From NCBI RefSeq assembly GCF_030684315.1, contig NC_081402.1:434001-498000 (forward strand): a stretch of DNA of 64,000 bases, written 5' to 3'. Position numbers and translations under genes: made by a program. Position 1 is the stretch's first letter; every line of letters begins with the position of its first letter. The stretch comes from Stegostoma tigrinum. Lineage: Eukaryota. Shown in pieces: positions 24,650 through 37,960 of this stretch. Under the pieces are notes generated by a model, which made no database searches, was not told the DNA's origin, and saw nothing but the letters and a program-made list of their open reading frames with translations.

Positions 24650-26350
24650 CATAAACTGACAAGTACAGACTGATAACTAAACTGATATACCTACATTGTA
24701 GAAACTGACAGAGACTGACTGATAAATATGTTTACATATTCACACAGAAGTAATTAGTTACTGCCTATTTCTGCGATATGAATATGAGCTTATTTATCTA
24801 TCTGTTTAGATTAGTTTCTGCCATGTGAAGTTTGAGTGCAGTTTTCAGTTATCTGTCAGTTTGTGTACTGTGCATGTGAGAGTGTAATAAATAATCTCTA
24901 GTTGAAAGCATCTGCTACTTCACAACATGAGTCTAATTATCAATCCTGTACCTGTTAGGTCCTGCTCTGTGAATGCATGAGTGCTGAGATCAATCTATTC
25001 TTGTCCTTGTGCTCTGTGAAATATAGTTTTAAATTTGTCCCTGTCAGTCTGATATGTGACTGCACGAGTGTATTTACCACTCTGTACCTGTCAGTTTCAG
25101 GTCTGGGAAGATGTAAATACAGTTATCAATTACTTTTCTGTCAGTTACTTCTTTGTCAATATGCAAATGTTGTTAGCTGGAACTAACAGCTAGCAATTGA
25201 TATGTTAATATGGGAGTGTAGTTATGGATCTGTACCTGTCAGGTTCTGCTCTTTGAATAGGAGTTCAGTTATCAATCTATGCCTATCAGTTTCTGCTCTG
25301 TCATTATGGGAGTATAGTTATCAATATTTAATTGGCAAACTCTGTTCTGTGAAAATGAATTTAGTTGTTCAAACGCACTGGTCAGTTTATGCCAAATGAG
25401 CCTGGGCGTGATATTTTTATTCTGTCCATGTCAGTTTCTGCTATGTGCATATGTCAATGTCATTATTATTCTGCACCTGTCAGTTTCTGGTTTGTGAATG
25501 TGTGAATGTGAGGATTTAGTTATACATCTGCACCTGTCAGTTTCAGCTAAAAGAATGAGAGTTTCACTGTCGATTTCTGCCTGTCAGTTTCTGCTCTGTC
25601 AATACGTGAGTTTAACAATCAGTCCATCCCTCTCAGACTGCTGTGTGAATATATTTGTGTCATTATCAATCAGTACACTTTCAGCCTCTGCTTGGTGAAT
25701 ATGTTTGTGTAATTCTCAGTCAATCGCTTCCAGTTTCTGTTATGTCAATATATGAGTTTAGTTATCAGTGAATACCTGTCAGTTTCTGCGATGTGAATAC
25801 GTGCATGTCACTGTCAATCACTACCTACGGCAGGAGATTAGCGTAGTTATTGGTCTATGCCTGTCAGTTTCTGCTCTGCGCATCGGTGAGTGAAGTTACC
25901 AAATTGTCCCCATCAGTTATTTGAAATCAAGACTGTTACAAACAATCATTCTGCTCTTGGAATGTGTGATTTTATCCACCAATTTCCATCTGTGAGTTTC
26001 TGGCTTTGAATAGGCAAATATATTTATCAATGTGTTCCAGTCAGTTTTTATTCTGTGAATTTGCATGTAATAACATAATTCTTCCTGTCAGTATCTGCAA
26101 CATAAATGAGAGAGTGCATTTCCCCAATTCTCCCAGTCAGTTTCTGCTGTGTGAATGGCCAAGTCAAATTATCAGTCTATGCCTGTTAGTTTTTGTTATT
26201 TGAATGTGAGAGTGTCATGATAAATCTGTACCTATAAGTTTCTGCCATGTGAATATGTGTTATCATCATCAATTTTCTTTTGTGTGTTTCTAGAAGGTGA
26301 ATGAGTCAATGTAGGTATCAATCCGTATCTGTCAGTTTCTACTGTTGTGT
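24650..26350 (+). repeat. Degenerate ~48-bp tandem repeat array
   Basis: Repeated CTGTCAGTTTCTGCT..GTGAAT units, same family as 21250-21850. Confidence 0.85.
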
Positions 26351-27799
26351 ATCAATGTGCCTTGATTCTCTTGCAGCCAGTAATATTCTCTGTGACTATG
26401 CTGATATAGCAATAGGGTGTTGAGTCTGGGTCGTAATAACTTCGGCATTTCGACACTTCTGAGTTCACTATCAGTTGGCAGGATCGAGGAGGGGTCATAG
26501 AAGTGGGACTGATTTCGTCTGAGAACCATTCAGAATCAACAGTTTGCATGCTGAATGAGGGTTTTATATACCGTATCAGATGCTGATTCTCTGTCTCAGC
26601 ACAGGATTCGTTTTTTCAGGTTTCCGTAGTATCAATGGAGACATTTTGATTCATATTTGTATTGGACATTGTTCGTGCTCTTTCATTAAAAGTTTTGTTC
26701 TGCACCTGTCTGTCTATTTCTAGATTATATTTTTATACTAAATACTCTATACAACAGAATGTCATTTACTTCATCACCAGGATCAGAATCAAGAGGAGGT
26801 GCAGTGCGGAAGCAGACCATTCAGCCCACTGTGCTTGCACTGGGACGTTCTATTCTGCATACTAGTTTCCAGTAATTGTTGGAATTGTGAACTTCTTCCA
26901 CTCACTGCCAGTGTCTGTTAGTGCAAATGTGACTTTAGTTCTCCAGTTCTCAGCCTTTGAACAGCTGCAGTGCTAGCTTTGTGATGTCTGCAACCATCTC
27001 AGATACAGTAGATATCCACTGACCCTGTATGATTGAGGGATTAATTTCACATTGACATTTGTCCCTACCATGAGGACAAACATGATTGTGCTGGAGGGAA
27101 GGTCGAGACGAACATCAAGCCCTTTGTAGAAAATTGAAAAAAAATTGAAAGAGATACACAATGTTTCTTGCCGGACTGAAGAATGAAAAAAAAGAAATAT
27201 TAACTCCTGTAAGGTGAAGAAATGATAAGGGTGAGGATAGCAGTTCCTCTTCACCCTCAATACATTCATGGAAACAGAATGCTGGCTGATTGGGATTAGT
27301 GATGTTCACTTTCTAAAATAAAAATGGTGCAGACCCAATGGGCTGACAGGCCTTTCTCTTGTGCTATAGAGTTCTATAACTTGAGGGGGTTAGCAGCGAT
27401 CATTTTGAGTCTATTATTTTCTATGATTTGCAGTGAACACAGAACGATTTGGTTGTTCCACATTGTAACATACACCTTCAGTCAGTGAGAGTGTGTGAGA
27501 GAGAATTATTCGAAGGACTAATTCTGTCCTTCTCAGTCACTGATAAAGTTCATATAAACATGTTTCATCTATTTCAGTAACTCTTGGTGCACAGGTTCTT
27601 CCCATTTCTGTTCTGAACATCTCACTGAGATATGACTGTTGAAACTATGTTACAGCATGATCTATTTGTTTGTCTTGATTGTAAGTTGGAAAATGCCCTT
27701 ATTCAATGCAGATTTAAGGCTGTTCCTGTGTGTCTATTTCGGATGACCAATCAGTCTATCCATCTTCAAAACTTGTGTCAACGTCAGTGGGCTGCATAC

Positions 27800-27907
27800 C
27801 TGCTGATTATTAGAAGTAACTGGTCAGACTTGGCTTTGCACCGAGGAAATACAACATCATCCTGGTCCTTCAAGTATTTGCCTGGAGGAAGTCAACATAC
27901 ACAAAGT
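27800..27907 (-). pseudogene. Unknown-gene 108-nt exon, copy A (in-frame TGA)
   Basis: cag/gtatgc boundaries; LPPGKYLKDQDDVVFPRCKAKSDQLLLIIS, homologous to four other copies. Confidence 0.55.
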
Positions 27908-28664
27908 CTGGCCGTATTGAACTAATCAACATAACATTAAGTTCATAATCATTGGGACGTGTGTTTGTTCTTAAGAGAAGAAAACTAGCAATTTGAACAG
28001 AACCAAAGGTCTTATTCCCTGTTCTCCAGAGCTGTTCCTTGTCTGGGGATTCTAATTGCACTTTTATTCTGAAATAATTCAAAACCAACTGAGTGAGGTC
28101 CAGAAACTGAGCAACAACTGTACTTTCATACATGGGGCTAACCGAAGAAACAGGCATGCACACACAGTTCAATATCCAGCTCCCAACGCACCAACTTAAA
28201 AGGAAGAACAAAGGGCGCTATTTTGAAGGTTTCAGGTGAGAAATTTAACCTGGTGACTCAATTACCTGGCCTTTTCAGGGTTATAACATGCCTCTAGTCT
28301 GTGTTTCCACTGTTCACGGCACTATGTCCAAAAACAGCGCGAAACTGAAGACGAACAACGAATTTCCATCAATGACTATCACTCTCTTCTATCCGCCCCC
28401 CTTCCCTTCTGTGCAAGAGGGACAGATACTGTGCCAGAGACCTGCACCCGACAGCATGCCCCCGGTAAGTCGTCCCCCACAACAGTATCCAAAACGGTAT
28501 ACTTGTTTTTCAGGGGAACGACCACAGGGGATCCCTGCACTGACTGCTTTCTTCCCCCTAACAGTTACCCAGCTTTCATCACGCTCAGGAGTAACAACTT
28601 CCCTGAAACATTTAGATTCATTTTTTGTACTGGACATTGTTAGTTTAGAGGAAGAAAAGCACAA

Positions 28665-29020
28665 GACTGACCCCCAGCAGCTTCTTGCCGTTGGGTCTCC
28701 AGGCCCACACACAGCCCGAGAAAGGCCTCTGTCTCCCCACCCCCAGGCCGCTCTCTCCAAGTTCCGGGACCAGTTCCTGCTCCGCTCGGCCTCTTACCAA
28801 CAGCCCCCGGTTCTCCCTGAACTGAGCCCGAATCAATGCCAGTCTCGGAGCCCCCTCTGTGTCCCAGACTCACATCTCGATGCGTTGCTAGAAGGAGCCT
28901 GCTGTTCCCTCGCTTCCCTGGGCGCTGGTGTCTTTCAAACAAACCTCTTCCACTCACTGAGTAAATGCTCCTCGATGGCAGCGATGGTGGGGGGGAAGGG
29001 CCTCACGCATAATTGCTCCT
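28665..29020 (-). other. Unknown-gene first exon (~28874-28990) plus intron start, duplicated module
   Basis: Near-identical to 46720-47090 and to the reverse of 53650-54000; donor AT/gtgagt. Confidence 0.6.
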
Positions 29021-29247
29021 CTCGGTTGTGTGACAAATGGAAATGCAGGGTTGCTGAGAAAGGGCGGTGTGGACTTTTATTTGGGCTGAAGTGTCTGTTT
29101 CCATATTGTAGGGATTCTATGATGATTCTATGAAGTGTGCTGCAGATTAGGCGCATAATTGTGAACTATATGCCAATGTTTTGCTCTGCTCATGTCACCT
29201 CCCCTACTGTTTTCATATGGAATAAAAGTTAGAGCATAATTTTGAAT

Positions 29248-29430
29248 GCTCCTGTTTCCTCCCGCAGTCCAAAGGTGTGCAAGCTAAGTGGATTGGCTAT
29301 GCTAAATTGCCCAGGGACGTTTAGGTTCGGTGAGATAGACGTGGGAAATAAATGGTCGGGGAATAGGTCTGGGTAGGTGCTCTTCAGAGGGGCGATGAGG
29401 ACTTGTTGGGCCAAATGGCCTGGAGCGGTT
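29248..29430 (+). mobile_element. HE1/V-SINE 3' part
   Basis: GTTTCCTCCCGCAGTCCAAAGGTGTGC..GGATTGGCTATGCTAAATTGCCC. Confidence 0.7.
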
Positions 29431-29469
29431 TCTCCGTGTGGCAGCATCTTCGAAGGAAAAAGAAACAAA

Positions 29470-29980
29470 ATTAAAATTCTGGGTCCAGTGACCTTTCCAC
29501 AGAATTGATCGTGGCTGGGAAAACGTCAGTTTCTATGCAGATAAAAGGGGATGGTGATGGGGTTTGGAATAAATGATATGATAGAGCCTAAACAATGAGA
29601 AGAACATTTGGACAGAGTTGATAATGATCATGCGGGGAGGTTGAATAGTAGTTAATGGGAACTACTAGTGGGTGGTGGATAATGGCAGGGTAAGTGGTAA
29701 CAAGGCCTTGTGAGGGGTAGAGTTTAGGCCCAAAAATTATTGATCTCGATATTGAGTCCAGAGGGCTGCCGGGTCCCCAAGTGGAAGATGAGGTCTTGTT
29801 CTTCTAGCTTGTGTTGAGCTTCAATGGAACTCTACAGCAAGACAGAGACAGAGATTTGGACTGGGAACGGGGTGGTGCATTAAAGTGGCAGGCAACAGGA
29901 AGTTGAAAGTCTTTTTTGCAAGCAGAACATAGATGTTCTGCAAAATGATTACCCAGTCTATGCTTTGTTTCACAACTGGG
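29470..29980 (-). mobile_element. Penelope-like (Neptune-type) GIY-YIG 3' fragment
   Basis: CETKHRLGNHFAEHLCS..LPVACHFN in ORF 29804(-), matching the element at 56820-57100. Confidence 0.7.
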
Positions 29981-31103
29981 TGCTTTAAGAGAATTTGGGC
30001 AGTCTTTGTTACTGGGCAAGAATAATACAGACTTTTCAAAGAAAAAAATGCTGGATATGGGCACCACCAACTGGTCTGAGCATTGATTGGCCCTCCTGAA
30101 ATGCCCGTGAGAAGGTGGTAGTGAACTGCCTTCCTGAACCATTGCAGTCTCTGAGCTGTAGGTCGGCCCACATTGCCATTAGTAAGCGAATTTGCAGGGT
30201 TTTCACCAATTGACACAGACTGAATGGCCAATATATTTCCAGGTCAGGATGGTGAGTGGCTTGGAGAAGATCTTGCAGGTCATGCAGTTCCCATGAACCT
30301 GCTGCCGCTGTCTTTCAAGATGGAAGTCATTGTGGGTTTGGAAGGTGCTGTCTAATTTCATATTTGAGAGAGTGGATGTTTGTGAATGTGGTGCCAATTA
30401 AACAGGAACAGCTTTTTCATGGATAGTACCTTGCTTGCCATGAGCAGTTGGAGCAGCACTAATACAGGCAAGGGGGTCTATAGAGGGGAAACCTTTACAC
30501 TCCTGACTTGAATGTTGGAGATTTTGGACAGGTTTGAGAAATCAGGAGGTAAGTTACTTGCTGCAGTATCCATCGCCTTGGGCCTGCTTTTGTAGCCACT
30601 GCATTTATCGGGTGAGTCCAGTTCATTTTGTCCTTCATGGTAGCTCCCAGGATGTTGATCGTGGAGGATACAATGATGCTGAGGCCCAAGTCAAAGGATG
30701 CCTTACTGCACGACTCTGTGACACAGTTTTACACTCACACACTGATCAGACTTGATATAGCCTCCATCCACCCTAACAGCAAGCTCCATCACTACAACCC
30801 CAAATCTCTCTGGTATTGTTTAGGTTAATGTGAGTGATGGTGAACAGAATTGGACATGTAGCACTGACCCTGAGAACAACCCTCCTGTATTACAGTGGGG
30901 CAGTCACTGTTCCTTCCCCTCGGGGAAGGTCTGCCCGGGCACCCAGACACCTTGACCAGTGGTTAGCTACATCCTCCATGCTGAGAAACTCCATGGTCTG
31001 TGTGTCTCTGTTTAGTGGAGAACAGCTGATCTCTGGTTGGGATTGATTTTGTACTGTTCACTGTCAGAGCAGGAGGAGCAAATACAATTGGAAACGCTCA
31101 CTG

Positions 31104-31300
31104 AAGCGAAGGCCAAGTTGAAAACCAAAGTGACCAAGAAAGCAGCAAATAAATGAACCTGTCGGTGCAACATGTAACCACCTGAACCCAAAGGCTCCTG
31201 TCAGAGACACTGACATCTCTCAGGAGAGAGCTGGGCCCGGATCAAAGGATCCCTGTCCCGGTTCCGAGTGGAGATATGGACATTAATTCATTTGAATAAC
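31104..31300 (+). pseudogene. H1: Orphan histone H1 3' fragment with degenerate stem-loop
   Basis: AAGGCCAAG..AAAGTGACCAAGAAAGCAGCAAATAAATGA..CATGTAACCACCTGAACCCAAAGGCTCCTGTCAGAGAC aligns with H1 52695-52840. Confidence 0.8.
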
Positions 31301-32664
31301 TCAAAGCACACTTTCTCGGCTTCATTTACACCCAGATCCTCTCGCACGTTCGACAATCAATCAGTGTGCGGATCCCCCTCTCATTTTCACTGACCATCAG
31401 TTCAGGTGCAGTTGCAGTTCATGAACAAAAACAAAGTTACTGGAAAAGCTCAGCAGGTTTGGCAGCATTATGGAGTGGAAAAAAAAGAGTTAACGAATCG
31501 GGTCCAGTGACCCTTCCTCAGAACTGAATGCAGATAGATAAAGCTGAGGCCTTTGCTGAGTACAGATCATTCAGCACCGGAGAGCAGAAGGTTAGGAGGG
31601 ATGGTGAATACCCGACGGGAGGTGGGGAGTTTGGCGGAGGGGATAGAGTCAGAGGGAAGGGAAGGGGAGGTAGTTTCCAGACAGCCATGGGTTTTTTTTG
31701 AGTTGGTGCATCTTGTGGGCCTTATTGCCTGAAAGGAAAAGAAACAAAAGTTCCTTGTTAGCACGACAAATGAGCCGGAGGTTGAAGTGAAACTGCGGAG
31801 TAGTGCAGCCCTGAGCCAGTGTGTTACGATGCTGTTGGAGAGAAAGGTTGAGAGTATGCATGTGCTGTCGCATCGCACCGAGGGTGGATCTCAGGATGTG
31901 GCCACAGCAGCTGTCCGTGGAATGTGGAACATCGTGGTGGTACCTATGATCCTGGGAGGATTCAAAACATGAGGGATGAAACTTGAGTTGGAAACCACAT
32001 GGGTGAGCCTGAGTCGGAGGCAGTCATTGAGGAATGTGATATGGCTGTGGAAAGTGATATGGCTGGATGAAGGGTCTCAGCTTTTGTGCTCTTAAGATGC
32101 TGCTTGGCCTGCCGTGTTCATCCAGCCCCACACTTTGTTATCATGGCTGTGGGAAAGTCAGTTTCAGTTCCTGTCCATTTCTATTTCACATAGTCAGGGA
32201 GGGAGTAACCCAGGCGCAGAAACCCCTCTTCACAACACAGTCCCCAAGAAATGATTTTGTCTGATTCAGCTGGAGCAATGAAAACTGACTTTGTCGGATT
32301 CTACAGCATCTGCAGTTCCTGCTATCTGTGAAATGGAAGCTGACATGCTGTCTTCTGAAAGAAAGGGCGGGGCATGGGCGTTTAATTTTTTCACAACTGC
32401 TTTGAAAAGGGTCTAGGCCTGAAACGTCAGCTTTTGTGCTCCTGAGATGCTGCTTGGCCTGCTGTGTTCATCCAGCTTCACACTTTATTATCTTGGATTC
32501 TCCAGCATCTGCAGTTCCCATTATCATTGTGTTCACTGCCCTTGAGGAGAAAAGGTTTAGTTCCAGATCCAGTTGGGGGCGGGAGTTAGCTGGAGGCGGA
32601 GCTGGACATTTCTCTGTCTGTCACTCAAGTTTCCTGCCCGGGCCGCCTCTCACTCTGTCAGCTC

Positions 32665-32700
32665 TTTCTCAGTCAGGTCGGGGCGGGCTGTATAAAAAAG
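32665..32700 (+). promoter_or_regulatory. H4 promoter: site II-like TCAGTCAGGTC, GC box, TATA
   Basis: TTTCTCAGTCAGGTCGGGGCGGGCTGTATAAAAA about 55-90 bp upstream of the ATG. Confidence 0.7.
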
Positions 32701-32744
32701 GAAGGAGAGGCAGCTCGGCTCTCATTCGGCAGCGATTGCAGTGA

Positions 32745-33065
<321 letters not shown>

Positions 33066-33095
33066 GCAAATCGACCCTTTTCCAGCGAACCCAAA

Positions 33096-33111
33096 GGCTC
33101 TTTTCAGAGCC
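33096..33111 (+). terminator. Histone 3' stem-loop (H4)
   Basis: GGCTCT TTTC AGAGCC preceded by CCAAA, followed by ACCCA and a purine-rich downstream element. Confidence 0.95.
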
Positions 33112-33790
33112 ACCCAAATCCTCCGATTGAGAGCGGAGACCTGAGGACGGAGAAGGCAATACATAGGAAAGGTGCAGCGACTCTTAAATTTTGTATCAAC
33201 CCCTTTAAGGAAATATATTAACTTCGTGTCCCGCGTTACAGGAGAGAGAGAGAGCGCGGATTTTCAAATTATACAGTCTGCAGTAACGTTTTATAATCAA
33301 GATATCCGCACACTACAGATAGAGGTTTCACGGCCATTCGAGATGTTACTGTTCTGCAGCTGGTTATGTCAGACACAAATGGAGCGGCCGGTTCCCTCAT
33401 TCGACCATGGCTGATCTGTTTTTCAACCCTCAACCTTTCATCCTCTTTCTCGTAAATACCAGTCTATCAATAATATTACCAGCTGTCCACGCCAGGAATA
33501 ATAATTTACTCTGCCCGTAATTTTGGGCCCACGCGCTAATGATACATATTTCAGTGTTTGTACTTCATTGACGCTCCCAGCAATGAGAATTTGTTCAGTT
33601 TTGATTCTGGTAGCCGTGCCGATGTTTTAGTGGCGTGTTCATTCTCCCTGCCTGTTAGAGACACATCAGGAAATGATTCAGAACCCTCTCCGCGCTGACT
33701 GCAAGAAATTTTGTAAAGCACAAGATATAGTCTTAGTTGCAGACGCATGGGACTTTACATTTTATTATTACCTAAGGTCAGGCTGAAATC

Positions 33791-33915
33791 GGCGGGCGAT
33801 TTGAAATGAACCAATCAGCCTCTGACAAATATTTTACTGCTTTTTCTGTCCTTCAGTGGCTGTTTCTCAGTGGGTTGAGGGACGGGACTGTATCCAATCC
33901 CAGCTCTAGGGCGGG
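33791..33915 (+). promoter_or_regulatory. H3 promoter: CDE/CHR-like element, two CCAAT boxes, GC box
   Basis: GGCGG-gcga-TTTGAA at 33791-33805; CCAAT at 33811 and 33895; GGGCGGG at ~33909; no clear TATA. Confidence 0.55.
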
Positions 33916-33961
33916 CTCTCCATTCCCTGAGTCGGCAGCGCAGCAGCAGGCTCAGCATTGA

Positions 33962-34465
<504 letters not shown>

Positions 34466-34831
34466 TCGATAGGCACTCTGACGTCTCGTCAAAGTAAACC
34501 GACAGCATGCTATTGATGTCGTGTCTCAATGCCACAGCTGTTACAGAAACTTAGTGCATCTCTCAGACCCGATTATTGCCCTGAGTTGTGAATCAGGTCT
34601 ATAAATGTCCAGTAATCACACCACAGTTCAAGCGCTGCACCTGACATTTTGCAAATTCCGATTGAAACGCGTGCGCCAATTACTCGCGTCCGGCCGCTGT
34701 TCTAGTTTTATTTCGGTTAAGGCGAAAACGAGAGGGATAGTTTTGCCTATTTAGACTCCCGTGTTTGCACATGAAATGAAAATTCTTCAACCAGCAGTGT
34801 CAGTCTAGCTGCTTTCACTGATGTTGTGAGT

Positions 34832-34847
34832 GGCTCTTAAAAGAGCC
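34832..34847 (-). terminator. Histone 3' stem-loop (H2A)
   Basis: GGCTCT TTTA AGAGCC on the minus strand, preceded by CCCAAA. Confidence 0.95.
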
Positions 34848-34877
34848 TTTGGGTTGTCAGGTTAATTAACGGTCTCT

Positions 34878-35330
<453 letters not shown>

Positions 35331-37057
35331 TTATACCTTCGGGAGGAATGGGGCTGCGGCCATTGCTGATTGGGCACATTGTTCAGTATCTCCTAATGTC
35401 ATTTCAATGCCCAATCAGATATCTGCTTCCCTCACCAATCCGGAGCGGGCCCGGGGAGGAGGCCGGAAAATCCTGGCGCCAAATCATCAACCGCTTTCTT
35501 TCAAACTCGGAAAGCCCGCCAATACTTTCAAAACGGGTAGAAGTTTTACAAAAACAATGCGTTCATACTTCAGATAATATACTTCACACCATTTCTGTCT
35601 GATTCTCCGGCCTAGTTGAATCCGTCTATTCTTGATCTTGAAGTTTTTTTTGCGACTAAAACTTAAGAATAAGCGGAAGGGGGAAAGAAAAGCCCGCCGA
35701 AAGTGATTCTCTTCACAGATTGAGTTTAATTTACATCAGCACCTGGATATAATGATAAAAGTATCACACGTCTGTTTCTTTCGCGTTGAGCGCATTACTG
35801 CTTTAAACAATATTTTACAATCGCGCTCCCTATTGCACAAGATCAACAATATTTCCACTTTTGCGATGCCGGTCTGGTTCTGTTCTTCCTTGATCTCGGT
35901 TCACTTGAAAATTTTTCCGCCGACAGCAGAAAAGCCTCATTTATAGCTTTCTGCAAAACGGGATAGAACCCGCGGGGAGATTTGAAAATAAAACAAAATT
36001 CCTCCGCGTGGAAACGGTAGGAAAATACCGGCTCCAAATCATCAACCGTTTTCTTTCCGATTTGAAAAAGCCCGCCAACGTGGGCAACACAAGGAAGAGG
36101 TTTTACAAGGATTTTTGCGTCAATGGTTACGATTTAATTTCCTTTCAGTTAAAAATGTTCACTTCACATAATCTCTCTCTTTGACTCCCTAAGCAACACC
36201 GTTTTCAGAAAATATTGTAAAATAGCCCTCACTTATTGTGCTGGATCAGTCTTTCCTGTCGGTCTCGGTTCATTTTGAAAGTCTCTCACCGACAGCAGAA
36301 AGCCCCACACACTGCAAACTGAAAAAAATCGGATAAATTTCCTTACAGATTTGGAAATTGAAAAAGGAATCGCACCACATTTTATTAATGAGACTCAAAT
36401 AAGAGATCAGAATTTTTCGTTCGCATGGGTGAAATCCAGCGTTCATACCTCATTGGGACAAATTGGAAAATCATGTCGGATAGGGGAGTTTTACAAAGAG
36501 GATTCAACAGTTTAATTTTCCTTTGAGCTTAATTCACTTTCACATTACAACTGAACGCTGACATATTTATAAAAACTTACACAACTTTTTTTTCGGGTTA
36601 AAACTTGAAGTTGCCCTCCCTCATTGTCCTTGAGCAGACAGTTTCACACTGGGGACTGCAATCCTGGTTCTGGCTTTATCTCAGCTCATTTTGAAACCCT
36701 CTCACTGACGGCTGAATCCTGAATGTCAGGTATTCTGCAAAATCTGTTCGTGGGACTCGAGCAATTAGTTTTCTTTCCAGGGGGTGAAATTCCTGATCAA
36801 AGGGGAAATAATAACTGGAACACATAGGAGTTGCTGAAAAAAAATGACGCAGTGACGATAAATATGCTTTCTGTACAGGGAAGGAAGAGAGACTGGGTAG
36901 GAAGGCAAACGAAACTAACGGACAGAGGGTCAGGGACCGCACGTAAATTTTTAGAACGTTTGTGTAAACAAAGATAAAGATTAGACATTAATCATAGAGA
37001 CCGAGAATCATTTTTGCAAACTTAAAATGGTCCAACTGCTTCATTGAAATTGTGGAT

Positions 37058-37073
37058 AGCTCTTAAAAGAGCC
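37058..37073 (-). terminator. Histone 3' stem-loop (H2B), terminal pair G-U
   Basis: GGCTCT TTTA AGAGCT on the minus strand. Confidence 0.85.
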
Positions 37074-37115
37074 TTTGGGTTTTGGATGTGTTTTTTCTCA
37101 GCACAGTGTGGGGTC

Positions 37116-37494
37116 TCACTTGGAGCTGGTGTACTTGGTCACCGCCTTTGTACCCTCCGACACGGCGTGCTTGGCCAGCTCCCCGGGCAGCAGCAACCGC
37201 ACGGCGGCCTGGATCTCCCGGGAACTGACGGTGCTGCGCTTGTTGTAATGGGCCAGGCAGGAAGCCTCCCCCCGCAATACGCTCGAAAATATCGTTGACG
37301 AACGAGTTCATGATGGTCATGGCCCTGAAGGAGATGCCGGTGTCGGGGTGAACCTGCTTCATCATTTTGTAGATGTCGATGGAATAACTTTCTTTCCTGG
37401 CCCTTGTGCTCTTCTCGCCGCCCTTCGCTGGCGCCCTCTTCACCACTTTCTTCGCGCCCTTCTTGGCAACTTGTCCTTTCTCCTCCTCCACCAT
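37116..37494 (-). pseudogene. H2B: Histone H2B, +1 frameshift; probable pseudogene
   Basis: [41 protein letters not shown], extra G in the run at 37268-37273, then [18 protein letters not shown]; 379 nt = 3n+1; several non-conservative substitutions. Confidence 0.85.
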
Positions 37495-37623
37495 TGCTGC
37501 ACTCAATGCCAGACACAGAATAAGGGGAAACGGGCCCGGAGCTCGCTTTTTATTGCCTGAGTGCGTCAGCAATGCTAATGAGGGATGGGGGGAGAAGCCT
37601 TGATCGTGATTGGGTAGTTTACA

Positions 37624-37960
37624 AGATAATAAAGTGTGGAGCTGGAAGAACACAGCAGGACAAGCAGCATCTCAGGAGCACAAAAGCTGACGTTTCGTGC
37701 CTAGTCCCTTTACCCTTCAGAAAAGGTGGAGGGTGAGAGCGTTCTGAAATAAATAGGGAGGGGTTGGCGAATCAAAGATGGATACAGGAGAAGGTAGATG
37801 GAGAGGACAGGAGAGTTGCAGTGGGATAGAGATCCCCCGAGGTTTGTCTGGATTCTCCAGCATCTGCAGTAACCATTATCTCTGATGCAATTTTAACTTC
37901 ACTGCGAAGTGTCTTCCAAGGATGCCTACCCTGAAAAAGTCACCATCCTCCCTCCAGAAT
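37624..37960. mobile_element. Retrozyme-like/Penelope-like insert (inverted arm plus sense arm) abutting the H2B promoter
   Basis: Same sequence family and arrangement as 55060-55683. Confidence 0.75.

Noticed and set aside
24650-26350. CRISPR-like periodicity of the ~48-bp repeat
   Set aside because: Whole units are homologous with no unique spacers, there are no cas genes, and the context is vertebrate
28288-29133. 281-aa ORF on the plus strand
   Set aside because: It spans a repeat-derived piece plus the antisense of the duplicated first exon and intron; paralogous copies do not keep this ORF
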